The notes: generated by a model not told the origin, from the sequence alone. DNA of 42,696 nt from Betaproteobacteria bacterium (GCA_021414185.1 JAIOOZ010000328.1:1-42696), one strand, 5' to 3'; counted from the stretch's first letter, positions 18,427-30,127 are shown. Made by a program: numbers and translations.

Positions 18427-18669
18427 CTAGCCTTTAATTCCGTGCGCCTTCATTTTCTTGCGCAGCGTGTTGCGGTTGATCCCCAGCACCTGCGCGGCAT
18501 GCGACTGGTTGCCGCGCAGTTTATGCAACACCGATTCGAGCAGCGGCTTTTCGACACTGTTGATTACCATGTCGTAAACGCCGCGCGCCTTCTCCCCATC
18601 CAGGTCCTTGAAATAGCCGTCGATGGCCTTGCGCACGAAGCGGGCCATTTCATTCTCGTTCATCATCAT
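18427..18669 (-). CDS. fis: Fis-family nucleoid-associated DNA-binding protein
   Basis: 80 aa. C-terminal helix-turn-helix GNQSHAAQVLGINRNTLRKKMK. ATGA overlap with dusB, the conserved dusB-fis operon arrangement. Confidence 0.9.
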   Translation of the reverse strand: MMMNENEMARFVRKAIDGYFKDLDGEKARGVYDMVINSVEKPLLESVLHKLRGNQSHAAQVLGINRNTLRKKMKAHGIKG

Positions 18670-19673
18670 GCCGCGAGTTCCTCAACATAAATAAGCCGCT
18701 GGCTCTGGCTGGCCAGTTCCCCGAAAAATTCGTCGACCGCCGCCATTTGCTCGGCGCAGGTCTGCAGCTGGTTCATCGCATGGCGAAACGCCGCCGAACC
18801 GGCGAGTCCCTTGGTGTACCAAGAGATGTGCTTGCGCGCCATGCGGACACCGGTGTATTCGCCGTAGAAAGCGTAGAGGTCGTGCAGGTGCGCGTTGAGC
18901 ACGCGATGAATTTCCTCGACTTCCGGCGGCGGCAGGTGCGCGCCAGTCTCGAGAAAATGCTCGATCTCGCGGAAGATCCACGGCCGGCCTTGTGCTGCGC
19001 GGCCTATCATGACCGCGTCGGCGCCGGTATACGCGAGTACGTGTTTGGCTTTTTCCGGCGTCGTGATGTCGCCATTGGCAATCACCGGAATATTCACCGC
19101 GGCTTTGACGGCGGCAATGGTGTCGTATTCGGCATCGCCGGTGTAGGCGCAGGCGCGCGTGCGCCCGTGCACCGCCAACAACTGTATGCCCGCGCTTTCG
19201 GCAAGCCGGGCAACGGCCACCGCGTTGCGGTTGCCGCGGTCCCACCCGGTGCGTATCTTGAGCGTGACGGGAACGTTCACGGCGCGCACCACCGCTTCGA
19301 CGATGCGTTTGACCAGCGGCTCGTTCTGCAGCAGCGCCGAGCCCGCCATCACGTTGCAGACTTTCTTCGCCGGACAGCCCATGTTGATGTCGATGATCTG
19401 CGCGCCCTGATCGACGTTGTAGCGCGCCGCCTCAGCCATCATGGCCGGATCGGCGCCCGCGATCTGCACCGAGATCGGATCCACTTCGCCTTCGTGATTG
19501 GCGCGGCGGCGCGTTTTCTCGCTGCCCCACAACAATGAATTGCTGGCGACCATTTCGGACACCGCCATGCCCGCGCCCATCTGCTTGCACAACTGGCGAA
19601 ACGGCCGGTCGGTAACGCCGGCCATCGGCGCGACGACCAGATTATTTTTCAGTTGATAGGGACCGACGCGCAT
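18666..19673 (-). CDS. dusB: tRNA-dihydrouridine synthase B
   Basis: 335 aa. VAPMAGVTDRPFR, IDINMGCP and the TIM-barrel FMN-binding pattern are present. It lies upstream of fis. Confidence 0.93.
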   Translation of the reverse strand: MRVGPYQLKNNLVVAPMAGVTDRPFRQLCKQMGAGMAVSEMVASNSLLWGSEKTRRRANHEGEVDPISVQIAGADPAMMAEAARYNVDQGAQIIDINMGCPAKKVCNVMAGSALLQNEPLVKRIVEAVVRAVNVPVTLKIRTGWDRGNRNAVAVARLAESAGIQLLAVHGRTRACAYTGDAEYDTIAAVKAAVNIPVIANGDITTPEKAKHVLAYTGADAVMIGRAAQGRPWIFREIEHFLETGAHLPPPEVEEIHRVLNAHLHDLYAFYGEYTGVRMARKHISWYTKGLAGSAAFRHAMNQLQTCAEQMAAVDEFFGELASQSQRLIYVEELAA

Positions 19674-19771
19674 GGAGAGGATGAATTTTTTGGTGCTGCA
19701 GGAATTCAGGGAAAGGGCGTAATTGTAATCGCCTCAAAGCTGCAAGAAAAGCGGCATATGCAACTATTTGC

Positions 19772-20920
19772 TCAGCCGCGCGCACCGAACATCATGCGAC
19801 GCACCAGAAAATTTTTCGCGGGCGGAATGCTGCTCAAAGCGGCGAGTCCGGCGCCGCACAACCGATCGATTATCGGGATGTTGTTGGAAAACAACCGGAT
19901 CAGCGTATCAGTGAACAAAATGGTCGCGGTTCGATCAAAACGCCGTTCTGAGAAATAGGCATTCAATGTTGCACTGGCGCCGGGATCGCGGGCATCGCGC
20001 GCTGCCTGCGCCAGTTCCCACGCGTCGCGCAAACCGAGATTGAAGCCCTGACCTGCGACCGGATGCAAGGATTGTGCCGCATTGCCGACCAGCACCACGC
20101 GCGGCGCAAGCGGCCGCCGCGCCTGTCTCAACATCAAAGGAAATACCTGCCGCGCGCCGCGCAAACTGAATGCGCCTAGCGTTGCGCCGAATACCGCGCG
20201 CAATTCCACGCAAAAATCGGCGTCGTTAAGCGCCGCCAGCGCATTTGCGCGGTCGGGCTGCGCGGTCCACACCAGAGACCAGCCGCGATGCGTAGGCAAG
20301 AGCGCGAGCGGGCCGTGGGGCGTAAATCGCTCGAAAGCACGGTTTTGGTGCGGCTCTTCGCTGATGACTTCGCAGACCAGCGCCGACTGCCGGTAATCAC
20401 GCTCTTCGACGCGCGCCAGTTGCAATCCGTCTGCGCCGTCGGCCAGCGCGACCAATCGCGTGTGAAATTGCCGTGTCATTCCGCCGCACTCGACACCGAC
20501 GATCGCCTCATCGGCATTGCTCGTGAACTCACGCGCGCTGCAGCCGTTCATCACTTCCACCGTACTGCCGGCAACTGCATCAGCCAGCGCGCGCTGCAAC
20601 GCGACGTAGCTCACCACATAACCGAGCGCCGGCACCTGTGCGTCAGCCGCGCTTAATTCGACGCGGCCAAAACGCTGCTGTTGGGAAACCGCAATAGTGT
20701 GTATGGGCGTGACCTCCGCGAGCGCTTGCCACGCACCCAACCTCTCCATGACCAAGCGGCTGCCGTGCGACAGCGCGATGACCCGCGCATCTTCGACCGC
20801 GGCGTCGCGCGGCCGCGCTTCGAGCAGGGCTATGCGGTGGCCGCTGTCGCGCAAACCCAGCGCCAGTGCGGAGCCGACCGGACCGCCGCCGGCTATGACG
20901 ATGTCGTAGTCTTCAGCCAC
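19772..20920 (-). CDS. ubiH: UbiH/UbiF/VisC/COQ6-family FAD-dependent ubiquinone-biosynthesis hydroxylase
   Basis: 382 aa. DIVIAGGGPVGSALAL (GxGxxG) and GNAAQSLHPVAGQGFNLGLRD. It follows pepP as in the classical pepP-ubiH arrangement. Which hydroxylation step it performs cannot be read from the sequence. Confidence 0.75.
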   Translation of the reverse strand: MAEDYDIVIAGGGPVGSALALGLRDSGHRIALLEARPRDAAVEDARVIALSHGSRLVMERLGAWQALAEVTPIHTIAVSQQQRFGRVELSAADAQVPALGYVVSYVALQRALADAVAGSTVEVMNGCSAREFTSNADEAIVGVECGGMTRQFHTRLVALADGADGLQLARVEERDYRQSALVCEVISEEPHQNRAFERFTPHGPLALLPTHRGWSLVWTAQPDRANALAALNDADFCVELRAVFGATLGAFSLRGARQVFPLMLRQARRPLAPRVVLVGNAAQSLHPVAGQGFNLGLRDAWELAQAARDARDPGASATLNAYFSERRFDRTATILFTDTLIRLFSNNIPIIDRLCGAGLAALSSIPPAKNFLVRRMMFGARG

Positions 20921-22235
20921 GCATCCAGGCTTCGATGTCGGCGACCGTTTTGGGCGCCGCCAGCGTCAGCACTTCGTTGCCCGTCGCAGTGACCGCCACG
21001 TCATCCTCGATGCGGATGCCGATATTGGCGAAATGAGCGGGGACGCCGGCGCCAGGACGTATATAGCATCCGGGTTCCACAGTCAGCACCATACCGGGTT
21101 CGAGTTTGCGCCATGCGCCGTCGCGCTTGTATTCGCCCGCGTCATGCACGTCGAGCCCCAGCCAGTGTCCCGTGCGATGCATGTAGAACTGCCGGTAATC
21201 GCCGCTTTCTATTACCTTGTCGACGCTGCCCTGGCACAGGCCGAACCCGATCAGCCCCTGCGCCAGCACGCGCACTGCCGCGTCGTGCGGCGCGTTCCAT
21301 GACGATCCCGGCACGACCTCGGCTATCGCCGCCGCCTGCGCTGCCAGCACCAGTTGATAGATATCGCGCTGTGCCGCGCTGAACTTGCCATTGACGGGAA
21401 AAGTGCGGGTGATGTCGGACGCATACCCGTCGAGTTCGCAGCCGGCGTCGATCAACAGCAGATCCCCGGCGTTGAGCCGCGCGTCGTTTTGCACGTAGTG
21501 CAGCACGCAGGCATTCGCGCCACCGGCCACGATCGACGTATAGGCCGGCGCCTGCGCGCCGCCGTGGCGAAATTCGTGCAGCAACTCGGCTTCGATTTCG
21601 TATTCGGCGCGGCCCGGCGCCGCCGCGCGCATCGCGCGTTTGTGCGCGGTAGTCGAGATCTGCGCGGCGCGGCGCATGACATCCAGTTCGTGCGCATCCT
21701 TGACGAGCCGCATGTCGTCGAGCACGGTCCGCACATCTGAAATCGCTTCTGGTGCTGCAACGCCATTGCGCACCTGGGCGCGTACTGCGTTGAGCCAACC
21801 CAGCACCCGCGCATCCCACGGCTCGTCGCTGCCGAGGTGACAGCACAGCTGCGGCTGATTGGCCAGCAGATCCGGCATGCGCGCATCGAGCTCGCCTACC
21901 GGATGGCTTTCGTCGAAGCCGAATACCTCGCGCGCTTGCTGCGGACCGTACCGAAATCCATCCCAGATTTCGCGCTCGACATCCTTGTCGCGGCAAAACA
22001 GCACACTCTTCGGCTGGTCTCCCGCGATTACCACCAGCACGGACTCGGGCTCGATAAAACCGGTCAGATAATAAAAATAGCTGTCGTAGCGGTAGGGATA
22101 ATGCGAATCGCGGTTGCGCGCGCGTTCTGGCGCCGTCGGAATGATGGCAATACCGCGCTTGATGCGCGCGGCAAGACGCGCGCGCCGTTCGGCGTAAACC
22201 GGCGCCATGCGCGCAATAATGGAGAGATCGGTCAT
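20913..22235 (-). CDS. pepP: Xaa-Pro aminopeptidase
   Basis: Within ORF 20913..22418. Start at Met62 (MTDLSIIARMAPVYAERR). Motifs are HYPYRYDSYFYYLTGF, DAGCELDGYASDITRTFP, HRTGHWLGLDVHD and LTVEPG (metal-ligand set). Confidence 0.9.
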   Translation of the reverse strand: MTDLSIIARMAPVYAERRARLAARIKRGIAIIPTAPERARNRDSHYPYRYDSYFYYLTGFIEPESVLVVIAGDQPKSVLFCRDKDVEREIWDGFRYGPQQAREVFGFDESHPVGELDARMPDLLANQPQLCCHLGSDEPWDARVLGWLNAVRAQVRNGVAAPEAISDVRTVLDDMRLVKDAHELDVMRRAAQISTTAHKRAMRAAAPGRAEYEIEAELLHEFRHGGAQAPAYTSIVAGGANACVLHYVQNDARLNAGDLLLIDAGCELDGYASDITRTFPVNGKFSAAQRDIYQLVLAAQAAAIAEVVPGSSWNAPHDAAVRVLAQGLIGFGLCQGSVDKVIESGDYRQFYMHRTGHWLGLDVHDAGEYKRDGAWRKLEPGMVLTVEPGCYIRPGAGVPAHFANIGIRIEDDVAVTATGNEVLTLAAPKTVADIEAWMRG

Positions 22236-22266
22236 GCGGGAATTATACGCCGCGCCGCCCCGCGCC

Positions 22267-23948
<1,682 letters not shown>

Positions 23949-24002
23949 TGCCTAATTCGGGAAAGTGTGCGATTTTATCACTCCCTTCCTTCGATGCTGA
24001 TA

Positions 24003-26386
24003 ATGAGCGTTTTTCGCCCCAGACCGATTGTGCTGTTGCTGCTGTGCGCATGGGATTGCGCCATGGCCGCCGACGACAGCGCGCTCGGTTTGAAGCCCGA
24101 CGGCAGCGGACTGCAGTTGAAGCTGCAACCTGCATTCATCCGCATTCCGCCGACCAACCGCGACGCGGTGCCGATATTTTTCGACGCCGACAACATCCAG
24201 GGCCACCACGAACGCGAACTCGAAGCGGAAGGCACCGTGCGCCTGCGCAAGCGCGGCAAAGCGGTCTACGCGGACTGGCTGCGTTTCGACAAGCAGGACA
24301 ATGAACTGCATGCGCGCGGCAGCGTGCGCCTCGAGCAGCGCGGCGACACCATCGACGGCACCGAGCTCAAATACAACCTGGATACCGAGCGCGGCGCCAT
24401 GGACAAGCCCAAGTACAGCGTGCAGGTCAACGCCACCAAGGGCCGCGGCGAAGGCGAGAAGCTGGTGTTCGAAGGCGAGAACAAGTACCGCATGCTCGGC
24501 GGCAATTACACCTCGTGTGAAGTCGGCAATGACGACTGGTTCCTGCGCGCCAAGGATCTCGAAATCGACAAAACGCGCCAGATCGGCACCGCGCACAACG
24601 CCAGCGTCGAATTTCTCGGCGTGCCCATCCTCTACTCGCCGTACCTGAGTTTTTCGCTTGATCGCCAGCGCAAATCGGGCTTCCTGTCGCCGACCTTCGG
24701 CACCACCGGCAATTCGGGCGCCGAATTCTCTATCCCCTATTACTGGAACATCGCGCCCAATCGAGATGCCACGTTCACGCCGCGTGTCATGTCCAAACGC
24801 GGCGCCATGCTGAGCAGCGAGTTTCGCTATCTGGATTCCGCGTATAGCGGCGAGTTCCGCTACGAAGTGCTGCCTACCGACCGCGTCAAGGACGGCGCGA
24901 GCCGGTTTGCGACTTCCGTGCGGCACGCGCAGAATCTGGGCGGCGGCTGGAACGCCAACGTGAATGTGGAGAAAGTTTCCGACAGCACGTACTTTACTGA
25001 TCTGTCGACGCAGATTGCCGCGACATCGCAAGTCGTGCTGCCCCGCCAGGGCGTGCTGTCGAAGACCGGCAACTGGTGGAACGACGGCACCTTCGGTTTT
25101 TCGGCGGCCGTGCAGCGCTGGCAAACCCTGCAGACCGATCCGTTGAATCCCGTGACGCAGCCGTATAACCGCAGCGCGCTGACGCTGAACGCGACCAAGC
25201 AGAACCTGGGGCCCGCGGATTTTGATTTCGCCAGCAGCTTCATCGAGTTCACCCACCCGACGCTGATCAACGGCAAGCGCGCCGTCGCGTATCCAAGTAT
25301 CAGCGCGCCGCTGCAATCGTCATATGCCTACCTGACGCCGAAAATCGGCATGCACGTCACCCGCTACGACTTCGACCAGACCAACGCGACGGTCAGCGAC
25401 CAATCGCGGGCCGTGCCGATCAGCTCCATCGATACCGGCCTCCTGTTCGAGCGCAACATGACACTGTCGGGTCAGAACATGCTGCAAACGCTCGAGCCCA
25501 AGCTTTATTACGTTTACATTCCAACCCACAATCAAAATCAGCTGCCGAATTTCGACAGCGGGCTGCAAACGGTCAATTTCGCCACGCTGTTTTCGGAAAA
25601 CCAGTTCAGCGGCAGCGACCGCATCAACGACGCCAATCAGGTCACGACCGGCGTGACCTCGCGGTTGCTGCAGGAAAACGGCGTCGAGCGGCTGCGCGTC
25701 GGCCTCGCCGAGCGGTTTTATTTCAAGAGCCAGGAAGTCACGCTGCCCGGCATCGCGGCACGCAACGATAACCGTTCCGACCTGCTCGCCACGCTGGGCG
25801 GCACCATTATGCCGCACTGGACGGCCGAGTTGGGCTGGCAGTACACGACCGCCGCGTCGCAGACGCAACGCGCCAATGCGAGCGTGCGCTACGAACCGGA
25901 GCCGGGCAAGGTAGTCAATGTCGCCTACCGCTATACCAATGGCGCGCTGACGACGGCATCCGGCACGACCACGTTCATCGCTATACCAATGGCGCGCTGA
26001 CGACGGCATCCGGCACGACCACGTTCATCAATGCCACCAACCCCTCGAACACCCTGCGCCAGGTTGATCTGTCCAGCCAATGGCCGCTGACCCGCCGCTT
26101 GAGTGCGGTTGCGCGCTGGAACTACTCGGTCGCGGACAGCCGGCTGCTGGAAGGCCTGGTCGGCCTTGAATACGACGGCGGATGCTGGGCGTTCCGCGTC
26201 GTCACCCACAGTTTTGCCACAACGGCCACGACGACCGTCAATTCGTTTTTTATGCAACTTGAATTGAACGGCGTGTCCAAAATAGGCTCTAACCCGCTAG
26301 ATCTATTGCGCCGGAACATCGGCGGCTACTATCGGGCGGCGGCACCTTCGGTGCGTCCCGGCGACGACGTTTTTCCGCCACGCTAA
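24003..26386 (+). pseudogene. lptD: LPS-assembly outer-membrane protein LptD, reading frame broken by a 50-bp tandem duplication
   Basis: ORF 23967..26000 carries the signal peptide, the OstA-like N-terminus and most of the barrel. It stops inside the second repeat copy (...TTTFIAIPMAR*). The C-terminal strands (LSAVARWNYSVADSRLLEGLVGLEYDGGCWAFRVV...) continue in another frame, partly listed as ORF 26099..26386. 2384 nt minus 50 nt gives 2334 nt, which is 778 codons in a single frame. The start may be ATG 23994 or 24003. Confidence 0.85.
25930..26029. repeat. Exact 50-bp direct tandem duplication (2 copies)
   Basis: 25930..25979 equals 25980..26029 (GCTATACCAATGGCGCGCTGACGACGGCATCCGGCACGACCACGTTCATC). 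One further matching base lies on the left. The repeat is visible directly in the sequence lines at 25921 and 25981. Confidence 0.97.
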
Positions 26387-26407
26387 CGTGCACGGAGCAA
26401 GTCTGGT

Positions 26408-27718
26408 ATGAAAAATTTCCGTATTTTCGGCATCGCTATCGCGGCATTCATGTTGTCCGGCACGCCGGCCGGCGCGCAACCGGCATCCGGGCGCATCGTC
26501 CTGCTCGACCGCATCGTGGCGGTGGTCAATGAAGACGTGATCACGCGCCGTGATCTCGACGACCGGCTCAAGGTCGTGTCGGCGCAGCTGCGCCAGCAGG
26601 GCACGCCGCTGCCGGGCACCGACGTCCTCGAAAAGCAGGTGCTCGAGCGCATGATATACACGCTCGTGCAAATACAGTTCGCCAGGGAAACCGGTCTCAG
26701 GGTCGACGACGGTCAGCTGGACAAAGCGCTGTTGCGCATTGCGGAAGACAATAAGATCTCGCTCGCGCAGATGCGCGCGACGATCGAGAAGGACGGTGTG
26801 CTCTTCGCCAAGTTCCGCGAGGACATCCGCGACGAGATCGTGCTGGCGCGTCTGCGCGAACGCGAGGTCGACAACAAGATCACTGTGGGCGACAACGAAG
26901 TCGACAACCTGCTTGGCTCGCTGCAGCTGCAGGACGGCAAGAACGAGGAATTCGATTTGTCGCACATTCTGATCCGCGTGCCCGAGCAGGTAAGCCCTGA
27001 GCAATTGCGCGATCGCCGCGCGCGCGCCGAGAAGGCGCTGGCGCAAATCAGGGGCGGCGCCGATTTCAGGCAGGTCGCGGCCAGTTTTTCCGAGGCGCCC
27101 GACGCCGTGCAGGGCGGCGCGATGGGCTGGCGCGAGCTGGCGCGGCTGCCGACGATTTTTGCCGAAGCAGTCAAAGGCATGAAGTCCGGCGAAGTGAGCG
27201 GCGTGCTGCGCAGTCCCAACGGGCTGCATATCGTGCGTCTGAATGAGCGGCGCGGCCAGGAAGCGCAGGTGATCGTGTCGCAGACGCATCCGCGCCACAT
27301 TTTGATCAAGACCAGCGAAGTGGTATCGGAGAACGAAGCGCGCGAGCGCCTGGTCAAGCTGAAGGAAAGGCTCGATAACGGCGTGGATTTTGCGGAACTC
27401 GCGCGCCTGCAATCCGAGGACGGCAGCGCGTCGCGCGGCGGCGACTTGGGCTGGCTGTCGCCCGGCGATACGGTGCCCGAATTCGAAAAAGCGATGGACG
27501 CCCTGAAACCCGGGCAAGTCAGCGGACCGGTGCGCTCGCCGTTCGGCTGGCATCTCATCCAGGTACTCGAGCGCCGCAACCAGGACATGTCCAAGCAGCA
27601 GCAGCGCCTGCAGGCGCGCCAGTCGTTGCGCGCGCAAAAATCCGACGAAGCGTACCAGGAATGGTTGCGCCAGCTGCGCGACAAGGCGTTCGTCGAATAT
27701 CGACTAGAAGAAAAATAG
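26408..27718 (+). CDS. surA: Periplasmic chaperone / peptidyl-prolyl isomerase SurA
   Basis: 436 aa with a signal peptide. N-terminal chaperone domain (DRIVAVVNEDVIT). Two parvulin domains (SHILIRVPE..., RHILIKTSE..., GDLGW). Confidence 0.92.
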   Translation: MKNFRIFGIAIAAFMLSGTPAGAQPASGRIVLLDRIVAVVNEDVITRRDLDDRLKVVSAQLRQQGTPLPGTDVLEKQVLERMIYTLVQIQFARETGLRVDDGQLDKALLRIAEDNKISLAQMRATIEKDGVLFAKFREDIRDEIVLARLREREVDNKITVGDNEVDNLLGSLQLQDGKNEEFDLSHILIRVPEQVSPEQLRDRRARAEKALAQIRGGADFRQVAASFSEAPDAVQGGAMGWRELARLPTIFAEAVKGMKSGEVSGVLRSPNGLHIVRLNERRGQEAQVIVSQTHPRHILIKTSEVVSENEARERLVKLKERLDNGVDFAELARLQSEDGSASRGGDLGWLSPGDTVPEFEKAMDALKPGQVSGPVRSPFGWHLIQVLERRNQDMSKQQQRLQARQSLRAQKSDEAYQEWLRQLRDKAFVEYRLEEK

Positions 27719-27767
27719 CCTGCGCACGGCGCTTGCACCGCCGGATTAAAATACGGGCTCAATACGC

Positions 27768-28664
27768 TTGCAGGGTTCGCCGCCGCGCGGCCCGGGCGAA
27801 AAACCGGGAACATCCATCATTCATCCCCCAACTCACGAGACGCCCGTTATTGCCCTCACTGCGGGCGAGCCCGCCGGCATCGGGCCGGACTTGTGCGTGC
27901 TGCTCGCGCAGCAACCACCCGCGGAAAAACTCGTCGTCATTGCGAACGCCGGCATGCTCGAGCAGCGCGCCCGGCAACTGGGACTGGCGTGGCGCACCCT
28001 GCCGTTCGACGGCGCGCGCAAATCGGCGTTCGTGCCGGGTGCAATGGAAGTGATCGACGTGCCGCTTGCGGCCGCGGTGATTGCCGGGCAGCTTGACCGC
28101 GCCAATTCGCGTGGCGTGCTGCAAACGCTCGAGGTCGCAATCGACGGCTGCATGAGCGGCCGCTTTGACGCCATGGTCACAGCACCCGTCCACAAAGGCA
28201 TCATCAATGATGCCGGCATTGCGTTTACCGGGCACACGGAATTTCTGGCGGCGCGCACCCACGCCCCGCATGTGGTCATGATGCTGGTCGGCGGCGGTCT
28301 GCGCGTTGCGCTCGCCACCACGCATTTTGCGGTGAAGGATATCGCGCAGCAGATCACCGCGAGCAGTCTCGAACAAACCCTGCGCGTGCTGCACCGCGAC
28401 CTGATCACGCGTTTTGGCGTCGGTTCGCCGCGCATCGCGGTCGCCGGCCTCAATCCGCATGCCGGCGAATCGGGGCACCTCGGGCGCGAAGAAATCGACG
28501 TCATCATTCCGGTCGTCGAGAGCCTGCGGCAGGAAGGCATGCAGCTGACCGGGCCGCTGCCCGCCGACACCTTGTTCAATCCGGAACGCCTGCGCAACTT
28601 CGATTGCGTGCTGGCGATGCCTCGCCCGCGGCCGCGCCTGACCGCCCGCAGCGCAGCAGCGTGA
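27768..28664 (+). CDS. pdxA: 4-hydroxythreonine-4-phosphate dehydrogenase PdxA, C-terminally truncated relative to the family
   Basis: TTG start at 27768 (uncertain). ALTAGEPAGIGPDL, GHTEFL, ATTHFAVKDI, GLNPHAGE and PLPADTLF are all present. After FDCVLAM the conserved YHDQGLPVLK...TSVDHGTA block is absent. The ORF ends PRPRPRLTARSAAA*, and its TGA overlaps the ksgA GTG (GTGA). Confidence 0.8.
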   Translation: MQGSPPRGPGEKPGTSIIHPPTHETPVIALTAGEPAGIGPDLCVLLAQQPPAEKLVVIANAGMLEQRARQLGLAWRTLPFDGARKSAFVPGAMEVIDVPLAAAVIAGQLDRANSRGVLQTLEVAIDGCMSGRFDAMVTAPVHKGIINDAGIAFTGHTEFLAARTHAPHVVMMLVGGGLRVALATTHFAVKDIAQQITASSLEQTLRVLHRDLITRFGVGSPRIAVAGLNPHAGESGHLGREEIDVIIPVVESLRQEGMQLTGPLPADTLFNPERLRNFDCVLAMPRPRPRLTARSAAA

Positions 28665-29452
28665 AGCATCAGGCACGCAAAAGATTCGGCCAGAATTTTC
28701 TGGTCGACGCCGGCGCGATTGCAGCGATAGTCGCGGCGATACGTCCCGCGCCCGGCGAATGCCTGGTCGAAATCGGACCCGGGTTGGGCGCATTGACACG
28801 CCCGCTGCTGGCTGCGGCAGGAAAACTGCATGCGATAGAAATCGACCGCGATCTCGCGCAGGGCCTGCAGCAGGAATTCGGCGCGCGTCTCGATCTGCAC
28901 GCCGTGGATGTGCTGCAGTTCGATTTCACGGCGCTCGGCAGCGGGCTGCGCATCATCGGCAACCTGCCTTACAACATTTCGACGCCGCTCTTGTTTCATC
29001 TCGCGGGCTGCAGCGACCGCATCCGTGATATCCATGTCATGCTGCAAAAAGAAGTCGTCGAACGCATGGTCGCCGCCCCCGGCGACAGCGACTACAGCCG
29101 CCTGTCGGTGATGCTGCAATACCGGTTCGAGATGGAAAAATTGCTCGACGTACCGGCCAGCGCTTTCGACCCAGTGCCCAAGGTCGACTCGGCGGTCGTC
29201 CGCCTGATGCCGCTGCGGCCGCGGCCGTGCGTGGCGCGCGATGAAGCGCTGTTTGCCAATCTGGTGGTGGCCGCTTTCTCGCAACGGCGCAAAACGCTGC
29301 GCAACTCGCTCAGAAAATATATGCCGGATGCGGCATTCGACGCGCTCGGTATCGCGCCGACTGCGCGCGCGCAGGAGTTATCGGTTGCGCAATTCGTCGC
29401 CCTCGCGGACTACGTGGGCGCGCAAACAGGGAAAGAAAACGAAATCGCCTGA
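28661..29452 (+). CDS. rsmA: 16S rRNA (adenine1518/1519-N6)-dimethyltransferase
   Basis: Within ORF 28604..29452. I prefer GTG 28661 (VKHQARKRFGQNFL), which matches the usual N-terminus. The SAM motif is VEIGPGLGALT. NLPYNIS is also present. Confidence 0.9.
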   Translation: MKHQARKRFGQNFLVDAGAIAAIVAAIRPAPGECLVEIGPGLGALTRPLLAAAGKLHAIEIDRDLAQGLQQEFGARLDLHAVDVLQFDFTALGSGLRIIGNLPYNISTPLLFHLAGCSDRIRDIHVMLQKEVVERMVAAPGDSDYSRLSVMLQYRFEMEKLLDVPASAFDPVPKVDSAVVRLMPLRPRPCVARDEALFANLVVAAFSQRRKTLRNSLRKYMPDAAFDALGIAPTARAQELSVAQFVALADYVGAQTGKENEIA

Positions 29453-29480
29453 GGGCGATCAACAACAACGATGCGCAGAA

Positions 29481-29867
29481 CTAGGTCTTGCGCTGCACGA
29501 ATTCGATTTTGTAACCGTCCGGGTCTTCGACAAACGCGATCACGGTGGTGCCATGTTTCATCGGCCCGGCTTCGCGCGCAACCTTGCCGCCGCGTTTTTT
29601 GACTTCTTCACAGGCCTTGTAGGCGTCGTCAACTTCGACGGCGAGATGGCCAAAGCCGGTGCCGGGCTCGTAACTCCTAGTGTCCCAGTTATGCGTGAGC
29701 TCGACGACCGCTTCATTCGCTTCGTCGCCGTAACCGACGAACACATTGGTGAAGCGGCCGTCGGGATAGTCCTTGCGGCGCAAGAGCCGCATGCCCAGCA
29801 CCTGCGTGTAAAAGGCGATCGCGCGGTCGAGATCGCCGACGCGCAACATGGTATGCAGAAATCTCAC
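29481..29867 (-). CDS. gloA: Lactoylglutathione lyase (glyoxalase I)
   Basis: 128 aa with a GTG start in a GTGA overlap with the rubredoxin stop. [25 protein letters not shown] and [11 protein letters not shown] are present. Confidence 0.9.
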   Translation of the reverse strand: MRFLHTMLRVGDLDRAIAFYTQVLGMRLLRRKDYPDGRFTNVFVGYGDEANEAVVELTHNWDTRSYEPGTGFGHLAVEVDDAYKACEEVKKRGGKVAREAGPMKHGTTVIAFVEDPDGYKIEFVQRKT

Positions 29868-30052
29868 ACCTGCACCATTTCAAAATCTTCCTTGCGCGCG
29901 CCGCATTCGGGACAGGTCCAGTTCATCGGCACATCTTCCCAGCGCGTGCCCGGCACGATGCCCTCGTCCGGCAGGCCGGCGGCCTCGTCGTAGATGAAGC
30001 CACAGATGAGGCACATATAGGTTTTGAAAACATTCACGTCCGTGGTGGTCAT
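29864..30052 (-). CDS. Rubredoxin
   Basis: 62 aa with two CxxCG knuckles ([10 protein letters not shown] and [11 protein letters not shown]). Confidence 0.9.
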   Translation of the reverse strand: MTTTDVNVFKTYMCLICGFIYDEAAGLPDEGIVPGTRWEDVPMNWTCPECGARKEDFEMVQV

Positions 30053-30127
30053 AGTCGCTTGCTAATCAGGTTAAAATGTTATTTTAGCGACATGCCCGCC
30101 TTTTGAACAATAAATCCCGCCTGTAGC

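Noticed and set aside
19696-19707. CTGCAGGAATTC (PstI and EcoRI sites back to back, identical to a stretch of common cloning-vector polylinkers) in the dusB upstream region.
   Set aside because: Only about 12-13 nt match. The flanking sequence is not vector-like and the context is an ordinary promoter region. Most likely a chance match.
23952-25316. Long antisense or alternative-frame ORFs. Examples are 454 aa opposite lptD, 444 aa at 26303..27637 opposite surA, 599 aa at 14676..16475, 565 aa at 10681..12378, 506 aa at 1109..2629 and 483 aa at 27833..29284.
   Set aside because: Their translations are Arg/Ala/Gly/Pro-rich low-complexity sequence with no motifs. Each lies opposite or out of frame to a gene with clear family signatures. 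Such stop-free frames are expected in GC-rich DNA.
28604-28660. A longer ksgA/rsmA start at TTG 28604 inside pdxA.
   Set aside because: It would add 19 residues with no counterpart in the family. GTG 28661 gives the canonical ...ARKRFGQNFL N-terminus and a GTGA overlap with the pdxA stop.
30053-30127. Possible TPP riboswitch upstream of thiD-thiE.
   Set aside because: The spacer is only 75 nt. It lacks the conserved CUGAGA and ACCUGAUCUGGAUAAUGCCAGC-like elements.
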